From: Haliotis cracherodii
Taxonomy: Eukaryota
Direction: 5' to 3'
NCBI RefSeq assembly: GCF_022045235.1
Contig: NW_027266270.1
Location: 35,526,001-35,590,000 of the forward strand
Length of the DNA stretch: 64,000 nucleotides
The stretch's first letter is position 1. Every line of letters begins with the position of its first letter. Below are positions 61,156-64,000 of the stretch, piece after piece. The position numbers were made by a program, and so were the translations under genes. Under the pieces are notes generated by a model. The model was not told the DNA's origin, made no database searches, and saw only the letters and a program-made list of their open reading frames with translations.

Positions 61156-64000
61156 TAGTGGAAGGCAGGGACTACATGGATCAGCTCTCAGATTTGATGA
61201 CCATGATCCCCTGCCATACAGCTATAGTAGCACAAAGATGATTGTAACTCCCATACTCTAACATAGGCTTTCAAGGCTTCCGACAATTGTAGCACTAACA
61301 TCTGTGACTTTGTGTACCTGGGCCAGGCTGATTGCAAGATTGTCTAGTCCAGGTTTGGTTATTTACAGGTTGCTGTCACAGAGCTGGAATATTGCTAAAT
61401 GCTGCATTAAACAAAACAAACAACAGTTTGACTGTTGACTGTTAACAAATTCTAGCATACGACTTTATGGAAACAACTTCTGGTTTAATGCATATAGTGA
61501 CGTTTCCATGTAGATTTTTACACTGTTATCAAGCTGGAGGAACTAGAAGTTGTTATCCATAAAGTTGCACGTTTTCCTACTTACTCACTACTCAATCAAA
61601 CAGTTAGGTTTCCCTCTTACACACAAATACAACTTAACCAAGGCAGTTATATGCATATCAACTAATGATTTCCAACATGTCCAACTAATCTGACTTCAAA
61701 ACATCACTAAGAATGTAAAACATAACAGCAATGCATGTTTCCCATCCTAGATTGTATCCCCTTGGTTCTCAATTGTACATACATGTATTTCAAAGGTTTA
61801 ATTCAACATTTGTTTCTTATGACCCAACCATCCATAAAATTGACCCTAAAATTTGAAGCACTGTTACACAATGGATTAAACCCTCTAGAAACTGACCACA
61901 AGGGCTGACCACTGAGCTTACAAAGTGTTGGTACAGGTATATCAGTGGCACATGCCAATGTCTACTTCAAGCTCCTCAGTTCTTTGAGGAGTTCAATGGC
62001 TTTTTACGCACAAGTAATTCATGTCTCTCAGTCTGCCTTTCCACCTGTTTAACAGGGCAAAACATTTCTGTTTGTAGAATGCTGAGAGGCATTGCTGCAC
62101 CACTGATTATTACTGAAGTTAATTTGCACATATATATGCAGTTCAAGTTTCAATGTCTGCACAGTAATGGCCCATTCCAAATAGAGTATTGTACCTTTAA
62201 TAATTTAATAATAACAGCCCAAACTGGAAGATGTCATTTAATGTTTTAAAAGTATTTATTTTGTCTATAAGTTTGTCATGAGAAATAAATCAAGTGATAA
62301 ATCAAAATGTACAAAGTGAGTGAGTTAAGTATTTCAATGATAGATGTGGAATGTATTTCAAATATATTATTAGCAAAGACAATTTCCAATATGGTTTACA
62401 AACTGGTGCAAAAAAACTGTGTTACATTCATGTCATTTCACAACAGGCCTGAGGATTAAAGCTACCAAGAAAATCACTGTCTCAAATCGATTGAAAACAC
62501 TGTTTTTCATCCATTTATGTCTTATTTTTTAAAATACTATGCATATGCTAAAGGCATTTTCAAATCTTATTCTGGAACGTATTACATCCACACAGCAATT
62601 ACATAAAAGGCAATGCTTCAGTCTAGACAGTTTTCTCAAATAATCCTTTCTTTAAATCATTCTCATGGTCAAAATACATATAATATTATCCTGTAAACTT
62701 TGCACAACGTTAAGAAGGTCTCATAAGTTATGCTTTCCTTGACCCAATAAATGAACATTGCTCTGTCCATGTTCACCCTCTACCTCTCGAATTTAATCCA
62801 TCCCTGATATTACAACCTCCCTTGCCAAGACATGAAATTTCTCAAGTCCTGCCTAAGTAAATATCACCAGACAATGACACAAAGACCAGAATTGTATTTA
62901 GCTCAATACCAGGGATACATTCATGGGACTTTGTGTTAAAAATTGCCGCATTCAGACAGCTGATATTTACATCCTTCGAATTTAATCTGAATTGTGATTC
63001 CACAGCATTGGACAAAGCAGCACATTTCCCTCTCTTGCTCTGTACATAGAAGCTGCGAGTCCCATCGTTATCTGTGGCTGGCACGTCACTGCTTCATAGC
63101 TCTGTACCAACTGTAACACACACAGTAGCAACTGGGGGAAAGGCTACTCACCCCTCATGCATAGGTGGATCCCCCGGGGGGTCCAGGGAGTCCAGACACC
63201 CCCTTTTCAAAACCCAATGTAGTATGCTGTAGGCAGTAAAATTATCTAGAGAAAGGATTTTGATATTTTGGACCCCTCCCTTTTAAAAATGATGGGTCCA
63301 CCCTTGTCATGTATCTAATTGTTGCTGACCTCTGCTAAAGTCTGATGGACAATCCCACTTTAACACCATAAACCCCAATTTGTGTCAGAAATTTTCATAA
63401 TAATTTCTGACATCCTTTATCAGCACCCAAGATGATGATGTGTTTGTCGTTTAACACTGAACACACAGTGTGAAATTCAAGCTGTATGACGGCAGCATGG
63501 AGATAATCGTGTCTGGATCATTCACACTGGTGATATGACAAGCAGTGATCCACACCAGTGGAGTATGCCGTCACACCATCATCCAAGTCCCCCATTTTAT
63601 AAAATGTTTGTATAAAACTGTATATCAAACTACCCTGGTCATACAGCCCTCACCAGCAGTACAAGTTGCTGGAGATCAGTTACCATGGAGTCCCCGCGGA
63701 ATACAAGATCATGAATTCAAGTCATGAGTTCCTTGTCATAACGTGTACACAAAGGTTAAACATCTACGGAATCCAAAGCTAGAAATAACTAGCAATAAAC
63801 CTCACAGACAGTCCCAGGGACCTTCATTTTCCAGCACTGTTTATGATGATGAACCATCAATGAAACTGCAGGGACTAAAGTATTTCTTATTTTTTTTCTT
63901 CTACTGGACCTATTGTCATTTTGGTTACTAACCATCCATTGATCCTTTTATTGGTCATAGCTGTTCAAGTCTGTATACTGTTTAAACACTTACTGTCATT

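Noticed and set aside
61156-64000. Further upstream PLCL exon (SSHNTY...GCRCVE)
   Set aside because: No such motif found on the minus strand; presumably beyond the window.

Overview
Eukaryotic, AT-rich, intron- and repeat-rich animal DNA. The SINE complement with (TCAC)n/(AAAC)n tails suggests a gastropod mollusc such as abalone (inference). Two convergent spliced genes were reconstructed with consistent exon phases. (1) A plus-strand alpha/beta-hydrolase-fold gene with 6 exons at 15731-21819; its 5' exon was not found, and its nucleophile elbow reads GHGRGG instead of GHSxGG. (2) The 3' two-thirds of a minus-strand PLC-like gene (PLCL1/2, PRIP orthologue): 16 exons at 60963->32548, about 642 aa covering the X-box end, Y-box, C2 and C-terminal helical domain. 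It keeps the visible catalytic residues that vertebrate PLC-L proteins have lost. The rest is four retroposon families sharing one 3' tail, several MITEs with clean TSDs, palindromes and many minisatellites. Two features stand out. First, three PLCL introns start with tandem arrays of their own duplicated 5' splice site, one being a 30-nt in-frame ladder of 8 GTGAGT donors. Second, a tRNA-less retroposon family begins with a covarying multi-hairpin/kissing-loop RNA head, a candidate structured RNA or ribozyme. No CRISPR arrays, rRNA or true tRNA genes were seen. Most ORFs in the supplied track are spurious.
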